DNA of 48,211 bases from Thermoproteota archaeon (GCA_034660895.1 JAYEKF010000013.1:1-48211), one strand, 5' to 3'. Counted from the first letter of the stretch, positions 35,750 to 45,154 are shown. The notes: generated by a model from the sequence alone, not told the origin. A program made the numbers and translations.

Positions 35750-36942
35750 TCAATCCTTTTCGGTTCCTTGCGAGAATTGTTTTGTCAGAACTAAGATGGC
35801 TAGTAACGGCGTTGTTGCGATTGCTACCAGGAATGGGTTGTAGGGCGAAATTCCATAAAGTGCTCCTCCTAAGTACGGGGCGAGAAACGAGGCTAGCATG
35901 CTTGCTGTTTGCGGGATGGATATCCAACGTGCCCGTGAGCCTTCAGGGGCAATTGAACCTATCACTGCACCTAACAACGACCAAGTGATATACGAGGCTC
36001 CCATCAGAAAAGAGGCTGCGGCTAACACAAAGAAGTTGCTGAACGAAATAAGCATACCAGTTGAAATGCAGCACAAAATCATAGAAACGGATACGGCGCC
36101 TGCTTTCGTCCACTTATCTCCAACTCTGCCCAAACAGACTCCCAGCAATGCTGAGCCGAGAAAAGTGATAGACCCTAAGATGCCAATTTTAAAGTTGTTA
36201 AGAGAGTATACGTCTCCGAGAAACGGAGGAATAAACGGTCCCATCAGAAGCGTGACGAACATAGCTGCTGAAAAGAGAAGCGACCAAACGAGAATTTTCT
36301 TACTTTTGAACGAAACAGAAGGCAATGAACGTTGCGAGGGGCGGATTGCCGCGTGTTGGCTGCTGACAAAGGAAAGATGATGGCTGTCAAAGCATAGAAA
36401 ATAAATGCCAAGTAAAACACTAAACTCATTCCAACCACTGTGGAGAGATAACCTCCTAAGGCTGGAGAGAAGACGTAACCGACCGACCAAGCCGCTGAAA
36501 GAATGGTGAAAGTTAACGTCACCTTGTCACGGTCCGCCGCAGTTGCAATATACGCGCTAGAAGTAGGTCCGCCGAACCAGCAGCCATAAAAAATCATTCC
36601 CGGCAACAATTGAGTCCAATGTTTTGCTAAAGAAAAAATGATGGGAGCAGGCAGCCAAGCCACCCAACCAAGAACCATAATCTTTTTCCGATCGTATTTG
36701 TCCGCTAAGAGTCCCGCGAGGATCAACGTGAACACAGCGACTAAACATTGTGTAGAGAACAGCATCCCTACTTCCACTGAGGTTGCTCCAAGAGTTTCGA
36801 TGTAACGGGGTAGCAGGTAAGAGTAGAGGCCGTCTCCGAAGGCACCTATAAAATTGCATACAAAAATCAGCTTAAGGTCTCTGTTTAGCACTCCAAAGGG
36901 AAAGCCGAACGTTAAGAGTTTTCGATAGCTGAAACTAGTCAA
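35750..36942 (-). pseudogene. MFS transporter disrupted by a single frameshift near 36340-36390
   Basis: ORF 36244..36942 (TM1-6; LADKYDRKKIM loop motif) and ORF 35750..36490 (TM7-12) overlap in different frames. Joined, they give a normal 12-TM MFS protein. Confidence 0.75.
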
Positions 36943-37118
36943 CGAGGAACCCCGCTTCTAAGGATTTATTTACCATCCTATAGCTGGCTTTATACTTTTC
37001 CAGCTGCAAAAATTAACTAATCTCTTACATAAGACTCTATACTGGGAGCGTGCGTAACAGGCTCTAGACGATTTTCTTTATTAATCGGCTATGATGAATA
37101 CATAAGTTAGGTGGGAAC

Positions 37119-37799
37119 ATGAAAACGTTAGATTTGAAACTGATTGCCTTGTTAGAGGAGAAGTATAGTGCATTTTGGTGGCCAGCCGGCATGTACCCAG
37201 ACTTGTCTAAGGACGCCTTCAAGCACATAGTTATGACGGTTCTTTCACAAAACACCAGCGAAATAAATTGCATCCGAGCGTACAAGGGACTAGCTGCTAA
37301 GTTTGAGATTACACCTGAGGCTATAGCACGGGCTGACGAAGCGGAAATAAGAGAAGCCATACGAAGCGGTGGGCTCTACAACGTTAAGGCTAGAAGAATC
37401 AAGGAATTAGCTAAAACAGTTCTAGAAAAGTTTGGCGGTGACCTAAGAGAGGTTCTCGCTCTTCCAAAAGAACAAGCGAGGGAGAAGTTGATGCAACTGC
37501 CGGGAATCGGTAATAAAACCGCTGATGTACTCCTTACGGACCGTTACTCCTATAAAGAGGTTATTCCTGTTGACACCCATTTTGACAGGATCGCAAAAAG
37601 AATTGGCTTAATCAAACAAGACGCAAAATACGATGAAGTTCAAAGGGCGCTCATAGAGTTCCTACCCGAAGAGAAAAGGGACAGAACGTCCGGTTTACTC
37701 TGGCTGCTCGCCAAACACACTTGCAACGCGAAAAATCCAAAATGCAGTGAATGCCCGCTTATCAGCCTCTGCGACTATGGAAATAAACGCTTATCATAA
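37119..37799 (+). CDS. nth: endonuclease III / HhH-GPD DNA glycosylase with a 4Fe-4S cluster
   Basis: 226 aa. HhH LMQLPGIGNKTADVLL, catalytic-region VDTH and C-terminal CNAKNPKCSECPLISLC. Confidence 0.88.
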   Translation: MKTLDLKLIALLEEKYSAFWWPAGMYPDLSKDAFKHIVMTVLSQNTSEINCIRAYKGLAAKFEITPEAIARADEAEIREAIRSGGLYNVKARRIKELAKTVLEKFGGDLREVLALPKEQAREKLMQLPGIGNKTADVLLTDRYSYKEVIPVDTHFDRIAKRIGLIKQDAKYDEVQRALIEFLPEEKRDRTSGLLWLLAKHTCNAKNPKCSECPLISLCDYGNKRLS

Positions 37800-37804
37800 A
37801 CATC

Positions 37805-38725
37805 TTAAGGAGACACAACGCCGGGAACCCTCGGAAACGGCACAGCATCCCAAACATTTTCTAAGCCACAAACCCACCTGGTTAGGCGTTCCACCCCAAT
37901 TCCGAAGCCAGCTGAGGGAAGAACACCATCTTTAAGCATGCTCAGATACCAACTGTACTCCGCCGGGTCTTCACCTGTCAACCTCATTCGCTTAACCACA
38001 TCCTTGTAAGTGTGCTCCCTCTCGCCGCCTGAAACCGCCTCACCGAACCCCTCGGGATAGATAAGGTCGAAATCTCGTAGAACACCTGGCCGTTCTGGGT
38101 CTTCTCGGTCGTAAAATCCTCGGGCGGTGAGCGGATAATCGGTGATGAAGAAAGGTTCATGAAACATAGCGGATACAGCTTTTTCTTCCTCCCAAGAAAA
38201 CTCCTTTCCATGTTCCACGATGAATCCTTCGGAGTTTAACAGTTCCACAGCCTCTTGATAGGTCATCCGTTTGAACGGGGTCTTAGGCGCCTTCAACATT
38301 CTTTCCAGTTTTTCCAGTTCCACCCCGCACTTCCGCCTTATTTGCCTGCAAACGTGCTGAACCAGCCGTTCCACCAACTTCATCATGTCGTGGTAGATTA
38401 CATGAGTTTGCTCCACATCAACCTGCCGAAACTCCGCGAGGTGCCTCCTAGTGGTTAGAGACTCCACGGGCTCCAACCGTATGTTGGGTGAAAACGCAAA
38501 AATCTTTTCTAGGTTTGTAGCGGCCATTTGTTTGTAAAGTATGATGCTGCTCATGAGCTTAAACCGAGCGCCATAGTAGTTGATAGTGACCTGTCGTGCA
38601 CCACGTATCCCTGGATCAGTTACTGGTCCGATGATGGGTGGTAAGATTTCTATGAATCCTTCTCCTCGCAGGAATGTTTGGACGGCGGAGAGAATTTCAT
38701 CCTGAACCTTCAGAACGCTCTTCAT
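37805..38725 (-). CDS. asnA: class II aaRS-like catalytic core without an anticodon-binding domain (archaeal asparagine synthetase A-like)
   Basis: 306 aa with motif 2 RRHLAEFRQVDVE and motif 3 GFGIGVERLTRWVCG. The N-terminus starts right at the catalytic core (KVQDEILSAVQTFLRGEGFIEI). Confidence 0.7.
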   Translation of the reverse strand: MKSVLKVQDEILSAVQTFLRGEGFIEILPPIIGPVTDPGIRGARQVTINYYGARFKLMSSIILYKQMAATNLEKIFAFSPNIRLEPVESLTTRRHLAEFRQVDVEQTHVIYHDMMKLVERLVQHVCRQIRRKCGVELEKLERMLKAPKTPFKRMTYQEAVELLNSEGFIVEHGKEFSWEEEKAVSAMFHEPFFITDYPLTARGFYDREDPERPGVLRDFDLIYPEGFGEAVSGGEREHTYKDVVKRMRLTGEDPAEYSWYLSMLKDGVLPSAGFGIGVERLTRWVCGLENVWDAVPFPRVPGVVSP

Positions 38726-38915
38726 CTGCGGCTGTCTTAAAACTTGGTAACGTTTCCGCAGACACCAGCGTAGGCGGGCGTCAATTTTGGCGAACCCTCA
38801 TGGTTTCCACCACAAAAAATAGTTGCAGTCGAGCCATATAAACATATTTCAAAAAATTACGTAAAAAATCCAAAAAAGCTACTGTTATATACATCTTTTT
38901 CGTAATATTTTCAGT

Positions 38916-39395
38916 ATGCAACCCAAATTGGACGGAAAAGACCTTCAAATATTGAGGCTTCTGCAGGAAAACTGTAAAATCACGTTAAAACAGCTTGCGA
39001 AGGAAGTTCGCTCCCCGGTCACCACGGTTTATGCTAAAATTAAGAGAATGGAAAAATTGGGTGTGATAAAAGCGTACAAGACGGTTTTGGATTCAAAAAA
39101 ACTTGGGAAAGGAGCCACAGCATTCATTTTTGTTTCGTTCTCCTATCGAACGCCAGAAAGGGAGAAACCGCTGTCGCAGAGGGAACTAGCCCAACAGATT
39201 TCACATTTTCTAGAGGTTCAGGAAGTGCACATTATCACCGGAGACTGGGACCTTATAGTTAAGGTGAAAGCTCAAGATGTGGGTGCGGTTGGAAAATTTG
39301 TTATTGACAAGCTACGGTTGGTTGAAGGTGTAGAGAAAACACTAACTTGCATGGTTTTCGAAACTGAGAAAGAGTCAACCAGCATATCACTCTAA
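38916..39395 (+). CDS. Lrp/AsnC family transcriptional regulator
   Basis: 159 aa. LDGKDLQILRLLQENCKITLKQLAKEV HTH plus a RAM domain. Confidence 0.88.
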   Translation: MQPKLDGKDLQILRLLQENCKITLKQLAKEVRSPVTTVYAKIKRMEKLGVIKAYKTVLDSKKLGKGATAFIFVSFSYRTPEREKPLSQRELAQQISHFLEVQEVHIITGDWDLIVKVKAQDVGAVGKFVIDKLRLVEGVEKTLTCMVFETEKESTSISL

Positions 39396-39715
39396 AGAGC
39401 ATATACGGGGTAGCGTTGCTTGTAAAGTCGGATGCTTTCACCAAGCAACCGTAAGAACTTTTCCCCACGGGCGGTCAGCCGATATGTTTCGGTTGGTGCA
39501 CCCCATTTCTTGTTAACTTTCGCCAGCTCCACAAGATTATGCTTGAAACAGAAAATAAGTTGACGATAAAAGCTGTGAGGTTGTGGAAGCCGTAGTGGCC
39601 TTTTAGTTCACGGTGGATCGCCAACGCGTTCATGGGGTTTCTAGCTAACACTTTTAGGATTTGAGAACTTGTATGGTTTCGTGGTTTGGGAGTTGGATGG
39701 AGCTTGGGAAAACAT
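39392..39715 (-). pseudogene. small winged-helix regulator broken by frameshifts
   Basis: Hand translation finds three consecutive frame pieces: MFSQAPSNSQTTKPYK..., ...SSQILKVLARNPMNALAIHRELKGHYG..., and ...PHSFYRQLIFCFKHNLVELAKVNKKWGAPTETYRLTARGEKFLRLLGESIRLYKQRYPVYAL*. Together they make one complete wHTH. None reaches the 60-aa track cutoff. Confidence 0.4.
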
Positions 39716-39804
39716 TTGTGTTATTTGTTTTGTAGGTCAAAATTTGCGCCACCGTGAGGAAATGTATATTACGCGTACAAAAACTTGATGCGCCGTAGAT
39801 TCAG

Positions 39805-40806
39805 CTATTCTCTTCGGTCTATGATATCCATAGCTTCAGGTCCCGTACCGATCAAAACAACCGGAACTCCCACGCGCTGTTCTATTTTTGAGATAAAGTC
39901 TTGGGCTTCGCTTGGCAGCTGACCGTAGGATGTGGCGCCCTTGCACACAGGATAGAGTACGTCCAGTTTGGTCACCGCCAGTTCTGTGGCGCCGTTGATC
40001 ACAGCCGATCGTTTAGCGAGTTCAAAATTGAACGGAGCTGATCTTCTCTCCCGACCAGTTCCAGCTGCAATCTCGAACCATCCACGTTTTTTCGCTTCTT
40101 CTCTGGAAATTTCGTCGGGTAACGGTCCGCCTCCTACTCGTGTAACGAAGGCTTTGAAGACGACTAGGACATGGTTGACTTTGCTTGGGCCGACGCCAGC
40201 TTCTGAGCATATAGCTGAGGCGCTTGTATCCCGTCCTGTTACGTAGGGGTACGTTCCATAAAACAGTGACAGCATGAACCCTTGGGTTCCCTCCAACACC
40301 ACTTTTTCCTGGGCGTCAACGGCTTTGTTTACTTCTTCCGCTACATCTGTTAAGTACGGTTTCAGTTCTGGGACGTCACGAGCGAGTTTGGCTGTTCTGC
40401 TCACTCGTTCTTCTATGGCGGGGCCGACACCCCAACCTGTTGTTTTAACTACGCCCTTCAAGTGAGCCGCCGTCTTGTCCTTAATGGAATGCTTTTCTTC
40501 GATGATTGAACACTTACGGTCTACGCTGATTCTACCCTTAACTCCAGTTTTTTCAATCTCTTCGAGGAATAGGTTAACTAGGATGTTAGCGCCCGAGCCG
40601 ATAAGCAAGCGACATTTATCATATACGAAGCCGCCCGGCACCATATGCAATCGGAACTCTTTTCCGTTTTTGAAAACCGTGTGAGCAGCATTAACGGAGC
40701 CCGTTCTCACGCAAACGTCTAACTTGTCCTTTAAAGCTAAATACGAGATGATTTTTCCTTTTCCTTCGTCACCCCAAAATCCTCCGCATACAACAGTGCA
40801 ACCCAT
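39805..40806 (-). CDS. purA: adenylosuccinate synthetase (short archaeal form)
   Basis: 333 aa. VVCGGFWGDEGKGKIISYL and TTGWGVGPA. Confidence 0.92.
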   Translation of the reverse strand: MGCTVVCGGFWGDEGKGKIISYLALKDKLDVCVRTGSVNAAHTVFKNGKEFRLHMVPGGFVYDKCRLLIGSGANILVNLFLEEIEKTGVKGRISVDRKCSIIEEKHSIKDKTAAHLKGVVKTTGWGVGPAIEERVSRTAKLARDVPELKPYLTDVAEEVNKAVDAQEKVVLEGTQGFMLSLFYGTYPYVTGRDTSASAICSEAGVGPSKVNHVLVVFKAFVTRVGGGPLPDEISREEAKKRGWFEIAAGTGRERRSAPFNFELAKRSAVINGATELAVTKLDVLYPVCKGATSYGQLPSEAQDFISKIEQRVGVPVVLIGTGPEAMDIIDRRE

Positions 40807-41020
40807 GCATATTCACTTCCATTTTTCCTCTCTTTCAATCATGATATTTAAAAGTTTTTTGTCAACTTTGCATAAAATAGTCCCATTAATTTCAACGAAC
40901 ATGTTAATTTTCTCCATGCACATGTCAAATTTATCTCGGTGGTGTTTGCTTTCAACATGTCAATCAAACTTAAACGAACCGTCGAGTTTAGTGATGTTTC
41001 TTGATGGGAAAGGTATTCAT

Positions 41021-41749
41021 ATGCAGATTAGGGCGATACTCCTCGATTTCGGCGACACCGTGGTTCTGGCTGATCAGTTTGACTATGATGCTTGCTTGAG
41101 AAAGCTTCATCGGAGCCTTGCACGAGACGCTGTGAAGGTGCCCTACAAGGATTTTAAGGAGATCTACTTTGAAGTTCGAGGAAGACTTTACAGGGAAACC
41201 GAAGAAACGCTTAGAGAGGCACATTTTTGTATCCGCATATCAGAAACCCTAAGACATTTTGGATACTCGCTTAAGCCAACAGACCCGTTGATAATTCGGG
41301 CGGCGGATGCATTCGGCGAAGCTTTTGTACAGCATATACGTATGGAGAAATGTGTCCCTACAATTCTTAAACAACTACACAGCAACTACCTGCTGGGGTT
41401 AGTTTCAAACTTCGCCTACTCACCAGCCTTAAGAAAAACGCTGGAACGATTCGACATCACAAAGTTTTTCGACGCCATAATTATCTCCGGCGAGGTTGGA
41501 TGGCGTAAGCCAAGTTCCAAAATTTTTCAAAAAGCACTAGACGCTTTGAGTGCATCTGCGTCGGAAACCGTTTTCGTCGGCGACATGCTACACATGGACA
41601 TTGAAGGAGCGAAAAGGATGGGTATGAAAACGGTTTTGGTGAAAGAAACAGTGGAGAGACCTGAGCTTTTGGAAGAGATAGAAAAGGTCAAGCCCCAGTG
41701 GATAATATCCAAGCTGGACGAGTTACAAAAAATACTACAGAACATCTGA
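41021..41749 (+). CDS. HAD-superfamily hydrolase
   Basis: Motif I ILLDFGDT right after ATG 41021, motif II LVSNF, motif IV FVGDMLHMDIEGA. The track ORF start 40724 overlaps purA and is discounted. Confidence 0.8.
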   Translation: MQIRAILLDFGDTVVLADQFDYDACLRKLHRSLARDAVKVPYKDFKEIYFEVRGRLYRETEETLREAHFCIRISETLRHFGYSLKPTDPLIIRAADAFGEAFVQHIRMEKCVPTILKQLHSNYLLGLVSNFAYSPALRKTLERFDITKFFDAIIISGEVGWRKPSSKIFQKALDALSASASETVFVGDMLHMDIEGAKRMGMKTVLVKETVERPELLEEIEKVKPQWIISKLDELQKILQNI

Positions 41750-41799
41750 ATGTTCATTTTTGGAAGAAAAATTTTTAACCGATTAATCCCTTTAATAAT

Positions 41800-41969
41800 A
41801 TGGGGTTGTGGATCAGAAGAACTAGGAAGACATTGACTCTAGTTCAACCGTAAACACTCGTTAAGACAAAGCTCCCAAAAAACGGAAAATTCGGGCGATC
41901 CATTACTTGCTAGGGATGCAAAGTTTCATTAACGTTTACAAGTCACCTCCCATACGTCCACAACCCCAT
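41800..41969. repeat. perfect 13-nt inverted repeat pair bracketing a ~170-nt non-coding segment
   Basis: ATGGGGTTGTGGA at 41800-41812 and its exact reverse complement TCCACAACCCCAT at 41957-41969. Confidence 0.6.
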
Positions 41970-42230
41970 TTTTTACAGAACAAAAAATTTGGTAGCCTAG
42001 TTTCTGCGGTTCCGCCGAGAAAGATGGAGATTGGAGAGGTCTTGTTATTTTAGGGCGCCTATCATCTGTTTTATTTGGTCGAACTTGTGCTCTTTCACCA
42101 AATCAAGTAACATCGGATTCTTTTTATAGCGTCCTTTTTGGTTTTGACTTTTCCACCCCAAAAAGGCGGATTTCCAAAGAGCTCTCAAATCCTTTTTGGT
42201 AACTCATTTTCTCCTTTCTCCCTTCCTTTC

Positions 42231-42461
42231 TCATGAGAGCAGATGGGGGTTCAGCCTTTCCGCCCAAGCGATTTCTTTCAGCGAAATTTTCATAGCTTTT
42301 TTCCTTTTTGGGGTGGTTAAGCGGATGACAGCACCTCCGTTACGTCTGCTTGGAATCGCTTCGGTTACTAGCACGTTCACTATAACGGAGCCGTCTTTTA
42401 GGTGGAGATTCACGTTGCATCCCACGTAGCTTCGCGCCACATTTAAGTTGGATATTTCCAT
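42231..42461 (-). CDS. hypothetical 76-aa protein, possibly Sm-like fold
   Basis: YVGCNVNLHLKDGSVIVNVLVTE resembles the Sm1 strand pattern, followed by a basic tail PKRKKAMK. Confidence 0.35.
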   Translation of the reverse strand: MEISNLNVARSYVGCNVNLHLKDGSVIVNVLVTEAIPSRRNGGAVIRLTTPKRKKAMKISLKEIAWAERLNPHLLS

Positions 42462-42467
42462 GAAGGA

Positions 42468-42614
42468 TCACCATTGCAACTCTTTCTCTGCAATTTTAGC
42501 CCAGCAGCCTCGGCAGATTGGTCTCCGTTCGTCCTTATAGAGTATGTATAGCTCTATGTCGGTGTTTTTGCATTCGCTTTTCCAAGGGTTTCTACAACGT
42601 TCTTTACTTGACAT
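42468..42614 (-). CDS. hypothetical 48-aa zinc-ribbon-like protein
   Basis: Hand-translated as MSSKERCRNPWKSECKNTDIELYILYKDERRPICRGCWAKIAEKELQW. It has a CxxxxxxxC...CxxC arrangement and ends 6 nt upstream of the 42461 start. Below the track size cutoff. Confidence 0.3.
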   Translation of the reverse strand: MSSKERCRNPWKSECKNTDIELYILYKDERRPICRGCWAKIAEKELQW

Positions 42615-43232
42615 AGCGAAAACTATCCAATACTATTCTTTGGTTTGAGGTGGGTTTAAAAAAGCGTCGATGCAACGACAATCTACCAAGCGGGGAGAGA
42701 GGTAACTGAAACTAAACATAGGTTCACCCCGCAACATCGCGTCCAAACGTAATCTTCAGTTGAGTGAAACTCACTGCAAAAAACTTTCTTGGTTGAGTAA
42801 GGTGAACAAGATGAAAGGAGGTGAAGTCGGTGGGTTTTTGAGTTTAAACCAAAGCTGTCAGCTCTCTTGGCTGTTCTGCACGGTGCTTTTGTTACGTTGG
42901 CTTGCATCGTTACTGAGGGAAACATCACAGCGACCGTACTATGGTTTATCGTTTCAACTGGGGTGACGGGGGGACTAAGCTTCTGCAAAGAGGGAAAATA
43001 AGTTAACAGTGTCGTAGTGCCAAAATATTTAAGCTATTCATGCACCACCGCCATTCTGTGAAAATTGAATCTATTACAAAATGCTTAGGCGATTTTAGAA
43101 ATTCTTATCTCAAATTTCCTCACCGTGTCGTCCGTCTTCAAGGAATACTTGGAAAGAGTAAGGACAAAACCCCATTCTATGTTTCTTGCTATTAAAGAAC
43201 AGTCAAAGCGTACATGTCTTTAGCAAAAGCAA

Positions 43233-43634
43233 ATGTTCCCAGAAATTTTTATGTTTTGCCACATATTCAATAAAGGATTGAGGCGTTCAAGTTTGATTGA
43301 ATCCTACAGTTTCGGTCGAATCGTCGTCGATGGAAAACGCTACACTACAGACGTAATCATCTATCCAGACCATGTTAAGGACGGTTGGTGGAGAAAGGAG
43401 GGGCATCGGCTTCACATCGAAGACTTGAAAGATGTAATAGAAGCAAAGCCAGATGTGCTGGTTGTGGGCACCGGTTACTTTGGACTCATGAAAGTCCCTA
43501 CTGAAGTGAAACAGCGCCTGAAAGAAAAAGAAATTGAAGTTGTTGTTCAACCAACTAAAAAAGCGTGTGAAACCTTTAACCAACTCATTCAGTCGGGTGA
43601 AAAAGTGGTAGCAGCGTTCCATCTAACTTGTTAA
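43233..43634 (+). CDS. MTH938-like (DUF498/NDUFAF3-like) protein
   Basis: IESYSFGRIVVDGKRYTTDVIIYPD...WWRKEGHRLHIEDL...PDVLVVGTGYFGLMKV. The probable real start is the in-frame TTG 43293. Confidence 0.7.
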   Translation: MFPEIFMFCHIFNKGLRRSSLIESYSFGRIVVDGKRYTTDVIIYPDHVKDGWWRKEGHRLHIEDLKDVIEAKPDVLVVGTGYFGLMKVPTEVKQRLKEKEIEVVVQPTKKACETFNQLIQSGEKVVAAFHLTC

Positions 43635-44564
43635 ATTCGCACATTCCAAGATGGATTTTTCCAGAAGAGGTAAGTTTTCGTTTGAACAAGAACAGTTAAC
43701 ACACGTAAAGTTTTGGCGAGTTTTTCAGCACCGGCTTCTTCTAAGCTGGACGGTAAACTGGGTGTTTCCTTCTCGGCGGGCGATTTTTTGAATGCTGAAA
43801 GCAACGATTTTTGCCGTGCATCTGTCAAGTGTTGAGCAGAATTCGTTCATAACCCAGTATTGACGGTTGGCTTTAATGAGGTTGGCGATGCGGCAACGGT
43901 ATTTTTGTCCGTCGTTTAGTTGGTTGCAACGGCATACAAAAAGGAAGACGGCGTTTAATCTTATACGGCTGAACAGCTCTAATCCTTGTTGGAGGTTTTC
44001 GCCGATGTGTTGATTGATGATTTTTCGGTTCAACCTGCATGCCGCGTATGCTGATTACGTCTGGAGCCAACAATTGTTCTAAGTGTTTGAGTAGCCCGGT
44101 TTTTCCGCTGCTTGATTCGCCTGTTATGTAAACGATACTGTGTGGACCTATGCATAGCTCCACATAGTCGTAAAGTATGTGTTCTCTTTTTTGGTTTACG
44201 CCTAGCCGGAAGGCTTCGGCGACGGCTACGGTTCATGGGTGATTTGGGCGGCGGTTTGGTAGCTTGTGTTTATATGGAACTTGTCGGTAGTGCGGTTGAA
44301 TTTTTTGGCGATCTTGGTGATTTGGAAAAACTCGCGTTTTTTATTCAGCTCAGCAAGATGAAACTCGAATGCGGAATCTTTTAAGTTAAGATTGCAGAAG
44401 AGAGTAATATTATTGGTGGAAGGGTTAAACACGTAAAAATAGGAGAGGAAAAGGGATTTAGAATCAGATTGTTTCCGCTTTTTCTTTCCGCGTTCTTTTT
44501 CACCGATTTTCGGTTGTATAAGCATAAATTTTACCATGCAATGATATACGTAATTTATGTACAA
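43631..44564 (-). pseudogene. ABC/SMC-type P-loop ATPase, multiply frameshifted
   Basis: Pieces lie in three frames: ...AAQITHEP | VAVAEAFRLGVNQKREHILYDYVELCIGPHSIVYITGESSSGKTGLLKHL (Walker A) | KIINQHIGENL...LNDGQKYRCRIANL (signature-like) ...YWVMNEFCSTLD (Walker B) ...IQKIARREGNT | ...EEAGAEKLAKTLRV. Confidence 0.55.
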
Positions 44565-44639
44565 AAGGAGCTCTAACGTTCTGATTTTTTAGTAAATGTT
44601 CACCACACTTTAGCGAAGATTCTTCAGCTTTTTCTTATA

Positions 44640-44996
44640 TTATATCATTAGGAGTTCGACGGGTTTTAGTTGTTTTGTTGTGGGGTCGACTTGATAACCC
44701 AACGCTTCTAGGGCTGTAGCTCCGAGGACCGGGGTGTCCTCTTCTTCAGCGAATATTATAGTGACTCCGGCTTGTACGTCGCCGTACCGGATTATGGACG
44801 CTCCAACTTCTCTTTCAATCACCTCTCCTCCGTAGAGTCTTAGTTTGCGCTTGCCTATAGGTTTGATTTGTAGGGAATGAAGGATTTTTCTTGGAACGGA
44901 GGTGAGCGCCGCACCCGTGTCGACTAGAAGTTTGACGTCGCTTTTCTGGGCGGTGGCCTGGTTAATTATTGTTACTTTAACGTGGGTGAAGCCCAT
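44640..44996 (-). CDS. retropepsin-like (clan AA) aspartic protease
   Basis: 118 aa. VKLLVDTGAALTSVP active-site motif and the small single-domain size typical of archaeal and bacterial retropepsin-like proteins. Confidence 0.75.
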   Translation of the reverse strand: MGFTHVKVTIINQATAQKSDVKLLVDTGAALTSVPRKILHSLQIKPIGKRKLRLYGGEVIEREVGASIIRYGDVQAGVTIIFAEEEDTPVLGATALEALGYQVDPTTKQLKPVELLMI

Positions 44997-45154
44997 TTTT
45001 GCTCATCTTTCAATAACGTACTTCTCATGGCGAAATTTAAATTCACCCATTTCGGAAGAATGGCTCCTCGATTTTGAGAAGTAAGAATGAGGATTTAAGC
45101 AAAACAAATAGCTGTTGTGAGGGAAGTAAAGATTAGCATATTCGCACATTGTCT

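Noticed and set aside
36330-36375. Hairpin GGCAAT-N18-ATTGCC at the MFS frameshift as a second BHB-type mRNA intron
   Set aside because: The flanks do not form a 4-bp helix with 3-nt bulges, and removing the hairpin does not restore the frame. A simple indel fits better.
37088-37145. C/D box sRNA candidate (GGCU-AUGAUGA ... CUGA-UUGCC)
   Set aside because: No convincing internal D'/C' boxes, the terminal stem is only 3 bp, and it overlaps the start of nth. Probably a chance match.
38726-38800. Possible frameshifted N-terminal extension of the AsnA-like gene (upstream ATG MRVRQN* in another frame)
   Set aside because: The in-frame upstream region has a stop and no start codon. The protein beginning at ATG 38725 already aligns with the start of the class II catalytic core.
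40724-41020. N-terminal 99 codons of track ORF 40724..41749
   Set aside because: This stretch overlaps the 5' end of purA on the opposite strand and has junk-like composition. The HAD motif I (ILLDFGDT) follows ATG 41021 directly.
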